A DNA stretch of 64,000 bases, from assembly GCF_001194135.2 (NCBI RefSeq), contig NC_068998.1:17018314-17082313 (forward strand). The letters are read 5' to 3'. Under the pieces are notes generated by a model, which saw only the letters and a program-made list of their open reading frames with translations, ran no database searches and was not told the DNA's origin. The position numbers and the translations under genes are program-made. Origin of the DNA: Octopus bimaculoides. Its lineage: Eukaryota. How positions within the stretch are numbered: position 1 is the first letter of the stretch; every line of letters begins with the position of its first letter. Shown here in pieces: positions 12,476-25,117 of the stretch.

Positions 12476-12844
12476 NNNNNNNNNNNNNNNNNNNNNNNNN
12501 NNNNNNNNNNNNNNNNNNNNNNNNNNNNNNNNNNNNNNNNNNNNNNNNNNNNNNNNNNNNNNNNNNNNNNNNNNNNNNNNNNNNNNNNNNNNNNNNNNNN
12601 NNNNNNNNNNNNNNNNNNNNNNNNNNNNNNNNNNNNNNNNNNNNNNNNNNNNNNNNNNNNNNNNNNNNNNNNNNNNNNNNNNNNNNNNNNNNNNNNNNNN
12701 NNNNNNNNNNNNNNNNNNNNNNNNNNNNNNNNNNNNNNNNNNNNNNNNNNNNNNNNNNNNNNNNNNNNNNNNNNNNNNNNNNNNNNNNNNNNNNNNNNNN
12801 NNNNNNNNNNNNNNNNNNNNNNNNNNNNNNNNNNNNNNNNNNNN

Positions 12845-12887
<43 letters not shown>

Positions 12888-13404
12888 ATGCAAAACTCAT
12901 CTTTTGTTTTAATCATTAGACTGCAGCCATGCTAGGGCACCACCTTGAACATTCCAACACTGGTTATCCAACAGATGAGGGACAGACAAAGACACAAACA
13001 GATGTGGGTGTGTGTGTATATATATATATATACACACACACAATGGGCTTCTTTCAGTTTCTGTCTACCAAATCTACTCACAAGACTTTGGTTGGCCAGA
13101 GGCAATAGTAGAAGACACTGAACCTGGAACCATGTGACTGGGAGGAAAGCTTCTTAAAACACAGCCAAGCTTGTGCCAGACGAAGTTGTTGAGGTGAAAG
13201 AGTAGGTGGTAGTATTTATGATGCTTAAATATAGCATGGTTGTGTGGTTGAGAAGTTCGTTTTGCAACCACATGGTTTCAGGTTCAGTCTCACTGCATGG
13301 CACTTTGGGCAAGTGTCTTCCACTATAACCTTGAGTCATACAAAGCCTTGAGTGAATTTGGTACATGAAAAGTGTGTGAAAACCCATTATATATTGTTCG
13401 TTCA

Positions 13405-13712
13405 TCATTTAACATCCGCTTTCCATGCTAGCATGGGTTGGACGATTTGACTGAGGACTGGTGCAACTGGATGGCTACACCAGGCTCCAATCTAATTTGG
13501 CAGAGTTTCTACAGCTGGATGCCCTTCCTAACGCCAACCACTCAGAGAGTGTAGTGGGTGCTTTTACGTGTCACACGCATGAAAACGGCCACGCTCGACA
13601 TGGTGTCTTTTATGTGTCACCCGCACAAGAGCCAGTCCAGGGGCCCTGGCAACGATCTCACTTGGCTTGCCGGGTCTTCTCACGCACAGCACATTTCCAA
13701 AGGTCTCGGTCA
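13405..13712 (-). mobile_element. Family A: young RTE-type LINE 3' end / RTE-mobilised element
   Basis: Reverse complement of ...gtggttggcgttaggaagggcatccagctgtagaaa...catgctagcatggaaagcggacgttaaa(cgatgat)n; near-identical copies at ~4012, 41760, 43086, 49481, 53952, 55828, 62260. Confidence 0.8.
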
Positions 13713-14599
13713 GTATATATATATATATATATATATAATATAACATCCTCATCTTTTAACATCCATTTTCCATGCTGACATGGGCTGGACTGTTTGACCA
13801 GAGCTGGAGAGTTGCACCAGATTCCAATCTGATTTGACTTTGTTTCTATGGCTGAATGCCCTTCCTAATGCCAACCACTTTACAAAGTGTGCTGGGTTCT
13901 TTTAACTGCATGAGCGCTTTATTATGTGGCGCTGGCACAAGGCTCTTGAGAGACAATCCTCTTCATCAGGGGGAATAGCATTACCATTTCTGCTGTAGTG
14001 GACAGGTCGTGTGTGTTGTATGTGTTTATATCCCTGTAACTTAACAGTTCAGCAAACGAAACCAATAGAATAAGCACAAAATTTGAAAATGAAACGAAAC
14101 GAAACGTGCTCGCTTCGAGTTGTTCAACTAAAAACCTCAAAACAGTGTCTTAGCATGGCTGCATACCAATAACTGAAACAAGTAAAAGATAATGTGTTGC
14201 CGAAAATGGAGATAACTGTGTAATAATTCCTAAACGATTAGAGCATTATAGCATTGAAACTATTACTCTTGCAGTGATACGAATAAATGAGTCTAAGGGA
14301 GACAATTCTTTGTCTTCAGGTTTAAAAAATCCTATTCTATTTTTATAGTTAAATATTATTAGGAATTGTATAAAAAAATATTTTATGTATTGCAGAAGTA
14401 TTACCAATTTATTGTGCATAAATTTTATCAACAAAATATCATATGGGCCCCGGTTGAGAACCAATGAATTAGATATTAGTTTTCACATCTTTCAGTGAGA
14501 GACAGATACATATCCTCATAATTTAAAATCCTTTTTGCATGAGTTACATAGAGATTTGCCACTTGCTTTGGCCCTTTCTTATCTTCATAAGGTCTATCA

Positions 14600-15030
14600 C
14601 TCACCTTTTCTTTCCCATGTCTTTCTCATCTGCAGATTACTTCTAGGATCGTTTGCCAGAGCTTTTACTCAACTGTAATTCTCAGTGCACATCACATGCC
14701 CATACCAGCATATATCTATTGCACACTACAACTATTTCTTTCATCTCACCAATACTCCATTGTCCATTTACACAGACATTACACATTCAGTGGAATATAT
14801 TCAGCTTATTTCTTTCCAGCCTTCAGAAATCCACTCCATTCAATGCTTAGGTTTTGCCACAATGCAATACTGCACTTTGTACATCCTACAAGCATTGTAT
14901 ACCTACTTTTACTCTGACAATAGAATCCCTTTGTTGCCATAAGATGTAATAGTTTCCTGAGCTTCTTTCACTCCATTCTTACTCTGGCTACTATGCTTTT
15001 AAAACATCCACCCCAACTATTAATTAGGTA
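14600..15030 (-). mobile_element. RTE LINE ORF2 C-terminal remnant
   Basis: Minus strand GCFKSIVARVRME*KKLRKLLHLMATKGF...RYMLVWACDV, matching RTE ARVRIGWKKFRELLPLL...LRWYGHV with stops and frameshifts. Confidence 0.7.
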
Positions 15031-15358
15031 ACAGAAGCTGTCAACTGCTTTCGAGGAGTAACTGACTGTGAATTCAGTTAATGGGTGCTCTTAATTGCTA
15101 AGTAATTCTGTGTATTTACTACATCCAAAGTGCTTTCTCTGTCAGCCTGCCAGTAGTAACTCATGGTATCTGTAGAGCACCTATAGTTTACATAAGGTAT
15201 ACCATATGCAATTCCTCCCTCCTCCTTTTCTGCATATTGCAGAATACTGTATCCTTTTCTGTTAAATAAATCTTTTGTCTTTGATAAAGCTTTGATAAGA
15301 CCTACCAAAGGTTTAATTCCACATTTGGAATTTCTCTAAATTTCTGATAGCTTCAGCG

Positions 15359-15510
15359 ATGGGAACTGTAAAATCGAAAAATAGTGCAGCACTCTTTCAG
15401 AGACATTTTTTCACACCCAAAATTGTTGAAGCATGGAATAAACTACCTGACTCAATTGTTAGTTTTCAGAACATTGCATCCTTCAAAAATTCCATGCTTT
15501 CTAAAATTTT
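15359..15510 (+). mobile_element. CR1/L2-group LINE ORF2 C-terminal remnant
   Basis: QRHFFTPKIVEAWNKLPDSIVSFQNIASFKN matches the FF..RVV..WN.LP..VV.A....SFK motif. Confidence 0.7.
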
Positions 15511-15620
15511 CACCCTTTGCACCCTATGCACCCTTTTCCCTTTAAGTCTTTTTTAACGTTTACTTTTCACTAAATTACTTGGAATTTAAGAAACCAACAC
15601 CGGTTGTCAAATGGTAATGA

Positions 15621-15655
<35 letters not shown>

Positions 15656-16689
15656 GCACACATAAGCATACGACGGTCTTCTTTCAGTTTCCGTCTACCA
15701 AATGTTGAATTTTTTTCGGAAGGCCACGGACAGCCTTTAGAAGCGTTACGTGTTCACCATTGTTCTAGAGAGAGAGAAAATACCGTATTTGATGGCNNNN
15801 NNNNNNNNNNNNNNNNNNNNNNNNNNNNNNNNNNNNNNNNNNNNNNNNNNNNNNNNNNNNNNNNNNNNNNNNNNNNNNNNNNNNNNNNNNNNNNNNNNNN
15901 NNNNNNNNNNNNNNNNNNNNNNNNNNNNNNNNNNNNNNNNNNNNNNNNNNNNNNNNNNNNNNNNNNNNNNNNNNNNNNNNNNNNNNNNNNNNNNNNNNNN
16001 NNNNNNNNNNNNNNNNNNNNNNNNNNNNNNNNNNNNNNNNNNNNNNNNNNNNNNNNNNNNNNNNNNNNNNNNNNNNNNNNNNNNNNNNNNNNNNNNNNNN
16101 NNNNNNNNNNNNNNNNNNNNNNNNNNNNNNNNNNNNNNNNNNNNNNNNNNNNNNNNNNNNNNNNNNNNNNNNNNNNNNNNNNNNNNNNNNNNNNNNNNNN
16201 NNNNNNNNNNNNNNNNNNNNNNNNNNNNNNNNNNNNNNNNNNNNNNNNNNNNNNNNNNNNNNNNNNNNNNNNNNNNNNNNNNNNNNNNNNNNNNNNNNNN
16301 NNNNNNNNNNNNNNNNNNNNNNNNNNNNNNNNNNNNNNNNNNNNNNNNNNNNNNNNNNNNNNNNNNNNNNNNNNNNNNNNNNNNNNNNNNNNNNNNNNNN
16401 NNNNNNNNNNNNNNNNNNNNNNNNNNNNNNNNNNNNNNNNNNNNNNNNNNNNNNNNNNNNNNNNNNNNNNNNNNNNNNNNNNNNNNNNNNNNNNNNNNNN
16501 NNNNNNNNNNNNNNNNNNNNNNNNNNNNNNNNNNNNNNNNNNNNNNNNNNNNNNNNNNNNNNNNNNNNNNNNNNNNNNNNNNNNNNNNNNNNNNNNNNNN
16601 NNNNNNNNNNNNNNNNNNNNNNNNNNNNNNNNNNNNNNNNNNNNNNNNNNNNNNNNNNNNNNNNNNNNNNNNNNNNNNNNNNNNNNNNN

Positions 16690-17321
16690 ATGACTTACAA
16701 CTCCTGACATTTTTATGAATTCTCTTCCGTGGTCATTTATTTGAGTTTTTGTACAGCCATGCTGACAAATAACATCCTCAAAGAGAAACTTTTCCACACT
16801 TTCCGCTCTGTGATCTTTCAAAGGTTGAGCCTCAGGTCATTTGGAAAAGTAATCTATTGCAACAATAACCATCATCTGTTTTCGGCAAATTGGTGATATC
16901 GACACCAATTTGGGCCATCACTTCATTTGGCACAGTAACAGGATGAAGCTCTCCAACATTAATTTTATGAACAGGGTTCACTTTTTGACACCGATCACAA
17001 GACAAAACAAAGTAACTAAGTGAAAACTCCAACTAAATGCAAGCTCTGCCTTCCTCTTTGATTTACATTACTTTCTCTTTCATTTACAAATGTATATGAC
17101 ACATACACATAAAGAACATCAACACATACATTTAATGAGTTCACCCATTGTCTCCCTATTTGCTCTCATGGTAATGAACACTTGGGGAAGGATTTTAGGT
17201 GGGGGTAATCTGAAATCGTTAGGAATAACTTGAAATCGATTTCAAATTACCTCCGGGGGTAATCTGAAAGCGATTTCAAGTTACTGGGGGGTGGAGAGTG
17301 GGGTAACATTTCACTGTTAGT
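16690..17321 (-). mobile_element. Gypsy-like integrase element remnant, probably a Ginger-type DNA transposon
   Basis: VLSCDRCQK (zinc-finger C2), QIGVDITNLPKTDDGY, frameshift, AIDYFSK*PEAQPLKD...VICQHGCTKTQINDHGREF (two catalytic Asp); palindromic G/C-tract subterminal repeats at 17200-17320; truncated by the N-gap. Confidence 0.85.
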
Positions 17322-17699
17322 GGCCCAGTCCCTCCAAAAGTCTCAAACACCTCAAGTTGGAAGAGATAGTTAGAATTTTTGCAAGGATAGGGTGAGGAGT
17401 TTCAGAAAATTCACATATGTTGGTTTTGTCCCCACAAAACTTTCGGAAAAAAAGGTATTTTTAAATGCCTCTCAGAGTGTGTAAATTATGATTATATCGT
17501 TATTCAATATGAACAGGAAAATTGATGAGTGCACACACACATACATTCTGACACATGGCACAATTTTGTTCGAAATTTCCAGTTTTATCCTGTAGATATG
17601 TATCAAGTATGTCATTATATACGTGCGTGAATCCATTCGTACATGCAGACTGGGAGGAGGTACGTTAGGAAAATTGTATTAAATCCTAGATCTTTTATC

Positions 17700-17905
17700 T
17701 TTTAGCTTTTACCTGTTTCAGTCATTAGGCTGCAACTGCGCTGGAGAACCACCTTGAAGAATTTGTAGTTAAACGAATCAACCCCAGTACTTTTTAAAAT
17801 TATTTTAAGCCTGGTACTCATTCTGTTGATCATCTTTTGTTGAACCATTGAGTTATAGGGATGTAAACACACCAACACCAGTTGTCAAGTGGTGGTGGTG
17901 GTGGA

Positions 17906-17941
<36 letters not shown>

Positions 17942-18090
17942 ACAGGCTTCTTTTCAGTTTCTATCTATCAAATACCCTCACAAGGTTCTGCTCAGCTTGA
18001 GGCGATAGCAGAAGACACTTGCCCATGATGCCATGCAGTGGGACTGAACCCAGAACCATGTGTGTGGGAAGTAAGCTTTTTACCACACAC
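17700..18090 (-). mobile_element. SINE family C copy
   Basis: All C modules in reverse with internal (CA)n. Confidence 0.8.
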
Positions 18091-18261
18091 CATATATATA
18101 GACATTTAGGAAGAATTTCTTTTATGAAAAGACATAAGGTGCTAAAATTCAGAGAATTAAAATCTATTAAAATCACATATTTGTATTTTGGCTTTAATGT
18201 CAGTCTTGAATCATTGAGCATTTTGGTAAAAAGCCCTTTTTATTTTAGTTAGATAGAGACA

Positions 18262-18850
18262 TAGGTGCTGACATGGCTGTGTGGTTAAGAAGCTTGTTTT
18301 TCTACCATGTTGCTTCAGGTTCAGTCCCACTGCATGGCACATTCGGTAAGTCTTCTACTCTAGCCCTAAGCTAACCAATGCCTTGTGAGTAAATTTGGTA
18401 GATGGAAACTGTGTGGAAGCCCATCATATAAATATATGTATTTGTGTAAATCTGTGTATCTGTTTGTGTTTGTTTCCGTCCCCACAACTTGACAGCTGGA
18501 GTTGGTTTGTTTACATCCCTGTAACTTAGCAGGTCAGCAAAAGAGACTGACTGTATAAGTACTAAACTTACAAATCAAGTACTGAGGTCAATTTGTTTGA
18601 CTAAACCCTTTGAGGCAGTGCCCCAGTATGGTCACAGTCCAATAACTGAAACAATTAAGAAAAGAAAAAACAGAAAAATATAAGGCACAGGAGTGGCTGT
18701 GTGGTAAGTAGCTTGCTTAGCAAAACCACATGATTCTGGGTTCAGTCCCACTGCATGGCACCTTGGGCAAGTGCCTTCTACTATAGCCTCAGGCTGACCA
18801 AAGCCTTGTGAGTGGATTTGGTAGGTGGAAACTGGAAGAAGCCTGTTGTG

Positions 18851-18892
<42 letters not shown>

Positions 18893-19120
18893 GTGTGTAT
18901 ATGTTTCCATATTTGTGTTTGTCCTCCCAACATTGCTTGACAACCAATGCTGGTGTGTTTACATCCCCATAACTTAATGGTTCAGCAAAAGAGACTGATA
19001 GAATAAGTACTAGGCTTCCAAAGAATAAGTCCTGGCGTTGATTTGTTCGACCTAAAGGCAGTGCTCCAGCATGGCCGCAGTCAAATGACTGAAACAAATA
19101 AAAGAATAAAATAATAAAAG
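18262..19120 (+). mobile_element. Two tandem SINE family C copies
   Basis: Heads at ~18262 and ~18682 (ggcacaggagtggctgtgtggtaag), tails ...actgaaacaa(a/t)taaaaga. Confidence 0.85.
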
Positions 19121-19734
19121 AAAGACATTTTTTTTGTCAAAATATGCTTCTCTGAGATATCACACAAATGTAGATACACCTACAGAATGTCAGTTGTCAT
19201 AACCACAGGCCTTGGCTATCTGATAAATATATTATCAAGTGAGATAAATGAGAAATGAAAAAGAGATGAATATCTGAGCTGCTAAATTTCTTTCTGCATA
19301 GTTTTCAAAAATTCAGGCAATTATTAATTTTTCTTTGTTTTACAAATAAATCCAAATACTGAGAATGATGATACATATGCGCATGCATACATGTGCGCAT
19401 GCATACATATTTGCATACTTACATTTATGCATGCATAGATACATGTATAGAAACATACATGTACACATGTATACGTACATGAATGCAAATCATATATGCA
19501 TGACGTATAGATGCATACATACATAGATGCATATATGCATGCATACATGCATGTGCACATGCCTGAATGCATGCACACACATGCACACACATACACACAT
19601 GTACACACATGTACACACATACTCACACACACACATACACACACATGTACAAGGTTATCAGGACGTAGTCGTAAGAGCGTCAACTAAAATGTCTAGCAAT
19701 TTTATCCATTGTCAGGTACTGAGCTGGCAGAAAT

Positions 19735-20030
19735 ATTAATACACCGGGCGAAATGCTTAGCGGTATTTCGTCTGCCGTTATCTTCTGAGTTCAAATTCTG
19801 CCGAGGTCGACTTTGCCTTTCATCCTTTTGGGGTCGATAAATTAAGTACCAGTTATGCACTGGGGTCAATGTAATCGACTTAATCCATTTCTCTGTCCTT
19901 GTTTGTCTCCTCTATGTTTAGCCCCTTGTGGGCAATAAAGAAATAAGAAACATTAGCATGCCAGGCGAAATGCTTAGAGGTATTTCATCTGTCTTTATGT
20001 TCTGAGTTCAAATTCCACCGAGGTCAACTG
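19735..20030 (+). mobile_element. SINE family B (long-tail form) followed by a partial second copy
   Basis: ccgggcgaaatgcttagcggtatttcg...tttagccccttgtgggcaataaagaaataag, then attagcatgccaggcgaaatgc. Confidence 0.85.
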
Positions 20031-20369
20031 CTGAGGAGGATGAAAAGTTAGAGGGTGACAAAGAGACAGAGAGATAGAAACAAGTGTCTTGCTTTAGTGG
20101 AAGTGGCATTGGAGGAGATGATCCAGTATCAGATGGTGAAAGGTTAGTGTGTGACAGAGAAATAAAGAGGCAGAAATAGGTGCCTTGCTATAGAGGAAGT
20201 ACATGGTTACCCAGTGAGAGAGAGAGGGAAAGAGAAAGAGAAGGAGCAACCAAGAATGAGGGCAGAAATAGTTGAGCTGCTGTAGAGGAGATATGTGGAT
20301 ACCCAGCCAGAGGGAAGAGCGAGGGAAGAGAGAGTAGGAAATAGCAAAAGTGTATGTATGGTACCCATG

Positions 20370-20695
20370 TTGATGGCATGTAAAAAAGACCCTTCGAATG
20401 TGGGGCCTCATGGAGGCAATGATAAGTGATCGAAACCTTTGGCAATATGCCATGGTTGAGAAGATTTGTCAAGCCAAGTGAAAGTGTAGTTGTGGCTGAT
20501 GCCGGTTTTTATGCGTTGGTGGCACATAAAAAGCACCCATTACATTCTTGGAGTGGTTGGCATTAGGAAGGGCATCCAGCCATAGAAACCACACCAAATC
20601 AGATTGGAATCTGGTGCAGCTCTCTAGCTTACCACTTTCAGTCAAACCATGCCAACATAGAAAGCAGACACTAAATGATGATGATTATGATGATG
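20370..20695 (+). mobile_element. RTE LINE 3' end (ORF2 tail plus 3' UTR with GAT tail), older family A relative
   Basis: GLMEAMISDRNLWQYAMVEKICQAK* followed by gtggttggcattaggaagggcatccagcc...taaatgatgatgat; similar copy at 48845-49155. Confidence 0.75.
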
Positions 20696-21488
20696 TGTGG
20701 GTATACAATGGGCAGTTGTTATCCTTCTTTACATATATTGTGTTTAATGTAGCTAAAGCAAGTCAGTCTATATTGGTCACATGTCTCTTGAAGCTGTATT
20801 CACTGTAGAGTTTACATTATAACTCCAATTTAACAGAGCAGCATCAATTTTCTCCCTGGAACTTCATTGCGGATGTAAGGCATGAGCTAAAGCTTTTATA
20901 GTACATAATTACAATTAGGAAGATTGAGTCATTTAAAAATTAAATACTATCACTATGAATGCAGTTCAGAGCTGGTGAGTAAATTGTTATCCTGTTTGCT
21001 CAACTAAATGTAACTCTATAAATTAATCACCTGCTAATTAGACAAAGTAATCAGTTCTGTGGAGCCAGACACAAACATTCTAGATCATGCAGAAGAACAG
21101 TTCATTCTTCACCAGCAAGGGGACTTGCTACATAGCAATTCAACTAAGGAAAAATAGCAGCCAAATGTTTCTTGAATCACACTCTACCATCTTAAAAATG
21201 AAATAACACGTTATATGATGACGGCAGCTTCTTTGTGTCTGAAGATTATGAGGGAAAGCAGAATGCCCTCGAGTGGCCATGTAATTCAGTCTTTGATGTT
21301 GCAAGGCACCTCTTCCTGGCTGTGAGCATCTGTTCATGCTATTCAATCCCATGCTTTAGACTTGGAGGTCTGAACGCATTGGCTCAGTAGACTAAGATGG
21401 CTGCCGGTGACCAGCAAGTTGTGGGTTTTACATTGGATCAGCCTTCTCCTTGGTGAATTGCCTTACAGGGCCGAAGGGTACTAGCTAT

Positions 21489-21580
21489 GGCGGTACATAT
21501 TCTAAAATTGGAATGATACAAAGAAGATTAGCATGGTCCCTGTGCAAGGATGACACGCAAATTCGTGAAGTGTTCCATAT
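21489..21580 (+). pseudogene. RNU6: U6 snRNA pseudogene (about nt 12-103)
   Basis: Matches metazoan U6 with 8 substitutions in 92 nt, including ACAGAGA to ACAAAGA and CpG decay; lacks the first 11 nt and the terminal T-tract. Confidence 0.92.
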
Positions 21581-21582
21581 CT

Positions 21583-21817
21583 AAAGGTGGCCAGCTGGCA
21601 GAAACGTTAGCACACCGGGCGAAATGCTTAGCGGTATTTCGTCTGCCGCTATGTTCTGAGTTCAAATTCCACCGAGGTCAACTTTGCCTTTTATCCATTC
21701 AGGGTTGATAAATTAAGTACCAGTTTTGCTCTGGGGTCGATATAATTGACTTAATCCCTTTGTCTGTCCTTGTTTGTCCCCTCTGTGTGTAGCCCTTTGT
21801 GGGCTGTAAAGAAATAA
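21583..21817 (+). mobile_element. Young SINE family B, long-tail form
   Basis: Full head, B-box, body and ttaatccctttgtctgtccttg...aaagaaataa tail. Confidence 0.9.
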
Positions 21818-23134
21818 GGGCTGAAGGGCTTCTTCTACTCTGGAGTTGCCAGAAGGGTGTCAAAGGGGGCATCAGACAACCTGAGGGACTCCATTTTTTG
21901 TTGCGTTTGCCTCCCTTAGCCTTTCTCTTTCCCGAGGTTCTCACAAAGCAGTGAGGGATTATGCTTGAAGTTTCCTCCAAGCATATCATACTAATTAACC
22001 TATAGCTGGGACCCTAACAGGTGCTGTTACTCCAGGTCAGAGTAGACCTGGGAACAATAGTGACTGAGAGATGGTTCCACACTCCTCAACACCCTGGAAC
22101 TTTTGGACCTGGACACTACAAGTGGATGCAGTTAAAAGTCACATGATTGCTGGTATGTATAGGTGACTGCTGGTTTTCCATAAACAACCTTGCCTGGACT
22201 TGTGCTTGGGAGGGGAACTTTCTAGGTGCAATCCCAGGGTCAGTCATGACCGAAGGGAGTCTTTACCCATTACCCTTTTTTATATTTGACGGAGTAATCT
22301 GAATACTAATGGGTTAACCAGGAGGCAAGGCAGTGGCCTTGATGCTTTACCTCTGTAACTGGTAAGAGAAATGAAAGAAGGTATCCTCAAACCAGAGATT
22401 TTGGCCCAAATGTTTGCACCCAAGATGGCATTAAACTTGGCAACGAATTAAATCTAATACTTATAAAGCATTGTAGAAATCATTTGTCCAAGGTGTCACA
22501 CAGCAGGACTGAACCTGAAATCACATGGTTGCAAAACAAACTTACCTTATCACAAAACCATGTCAGCACCTATATTTATCAATCAAAAATTATTCATTGA
22601 CTATCTATTTGACCGTGCATTCTTAGTTTTATATATGAGCCAAATACATCCTATTTGATAACTATATATTTAATTTTCAACAAAAAGACCAAAACCAAAA
22701 AGAAAAACAACAAAAAACAAACAAAAAAAAACAAGTGTGTTTAATGTGAACCATCTTGTTTTTAGTGAAACAAAAGAGTGATTCTAATCTTAAAAGCTTG
22801 GAAAGTATTTGTGTAGCATATTTCTAAATAGTAGCCTTTTTTGAATTTTTTTCCATTGTTATAGATTAACATAACTAGCAAGTGTAATGTATCTATATAA
22901 TGTTTTGACAGGAAGTAGGTAGTTCCAGTACCGTTTAGTTTGGAAGTAGACCAACTTTTTGAAGTGGATTTATTCTGTTTAAAGTGTGAACTACAAAGAA
23001 AGATGACAGCTTCATTTGTAGGTGTCACACACCAATAAAAATTGATCAATCAAAAATAAATAAAGAAAATGAATAACTAAGCAAATAAAGTAAAGGACTA
23101 GCTAAAAATGCATGGAAGTGCACTTCTGAGTTAC

Positions 23135-23182
<48 letters not shown>

Positions 23183-23902
23183 CAATAAAAGACTTTAATT
23201 CTTGGCAAGCTCTAATAGTTGTAATAAAGGCTAAATACGTATTTTACCTCACACATGGGAGCAATAAAGAATCAATTTCTTACATAGTTATTCGACTTGC
23301 TAGAAACAACAGCCAAATCTCTCTCAACATCTTAAAAATAATATGATCATAGAAACACTATGTAGGTACAGGCATAGCAGGGTGGTTAAGAAGTACACTT
23401 CACAAGCATATGGTTCTAAAGTCAATCCTGCATAACACCTCATAATGAGTTATTTTCTGTAGTTTAATTATTTTTCATATTCATATTATAGCAAATAGCT
23501 TCTGTTACCCTGCCTGACTAGCACTGTTGAAGGGCTTGTAGTGAGCATTGTAACTAGAGCATTGTACAAAAAAGATGGAAGTAATTTTGAAAGTCGTCAT
23601 GTCTGATGACAGCAACCAGTTTCACTCATCAACAAGGAGCCTTTACATTTGGGTTGGCAACAAGTGGGCTATTGAAGTATTCTCTGTGGGCCTTGTACTG
23701 TTTCTAAAAATTTTTCAAGTTTAACCCGTTAGCATTTAAACCAGCCATATCCAGCCGAAATATTGTATTTGTTTTATCTCCAAAGTGGCCAGATACAGTC
23801 TCGTACATGTACCTTACAATGTCTTACTAAAAATAAACAATCCCAAAGTTGAAATATCAAAGCTATAAGATAATGCATGATTAAATCAAAACAATGTGAA
23901 TA

Positions 23903-24457
<555 letters not shown>

Positions 24458-24485
24458 TAAGTAAGCATTACTTTTGATGAAGTGA

Positions 24486-24811
24486 AGGTATATGGCTCAG
24501 TGGTTAGAGTGTCGGGCTTACAATCATGAAATAGTGAGTTTGATTCCTGGACTGGGCTGTGTGTTGTGTTCTTGAGCAAGACACTTTATTTCATGTTGCT
24601 CCAGTTCACTCAGCTGCAGAAACGAGTTGTGATATCACTGGTGCCAAACTGTATTGGCACAAGCCTTTCTCTTGGACAACATCGGTGGTGTGGAGTGAGG
24701 AGGATGGTATGCATGAGTGACTGCCGGTCTTCTATAAACCATCTTGTCCAGACTTGTGCCTCAGAAGGTAATCCCATGGTCATTCATGACTGAAGGGGCT
24801 CTTTACCCTTT
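24486..24811 (+). mobile_element. tRNA-derived SINE family D
   Basis: A-box tggctcagtggttag, B-box-like gagtttgattcc, then gtgttgtgttcttgagcaagacacttt; 3' part recurs at ~22150-22270 and an antisense head at ~58510-58612. Confidence 0.75.
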
Positions 24812-24840
24812 ACATTTGACAAACTAATCTGAATGCTAAA

Positions 24841-24917
24841 GGGTGTAGTGGTTAAGAGTGTGAGCAACTAACCCCAAGATTCCGAGTTCGATTCCAGGCA
24901 GTGACCTGAATAATAAT

Positions 24918-24953
<36 letters not shown>

Positions 24954-25117
24954 AATAATAACAACATCGAAAAATACCTTAGGAATGAGAACCCAGGTTC
25001 GAAATTTCCCCAAGGCACCTGATGAAGGCTGGAGGGTGTATCAGCCGAAATGTTGTGTTAACAACAAACAAGATGAGGACAAATATCTGTCAAATGTAAA
25101 TAATGTAAATAATGTAC
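24841..25117 (+). mobile_element. tRNA-headed SINE-like element carrying a hammerhead motif
   Basis: gtgtagtggttaag (A-box), gagttcgattcc (B-box), (AAT/AAC)n, hammerhead motif at 25014-25059, short tandem tail (aaataatgt). Confidence 0.75.
25014..25059 (+). ncRNA. Minimal type I hammerhead ribozyme motif
   Basis: ggcac-CTGATGA-a-ggctg(gagggtgtat)cagcc-GAAA-t-GTT-gtgtt: helix I ggcac/gtgtt, helix II ggctg/cagcc, loopless 2-bp helix III. Confidence 0.7.
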
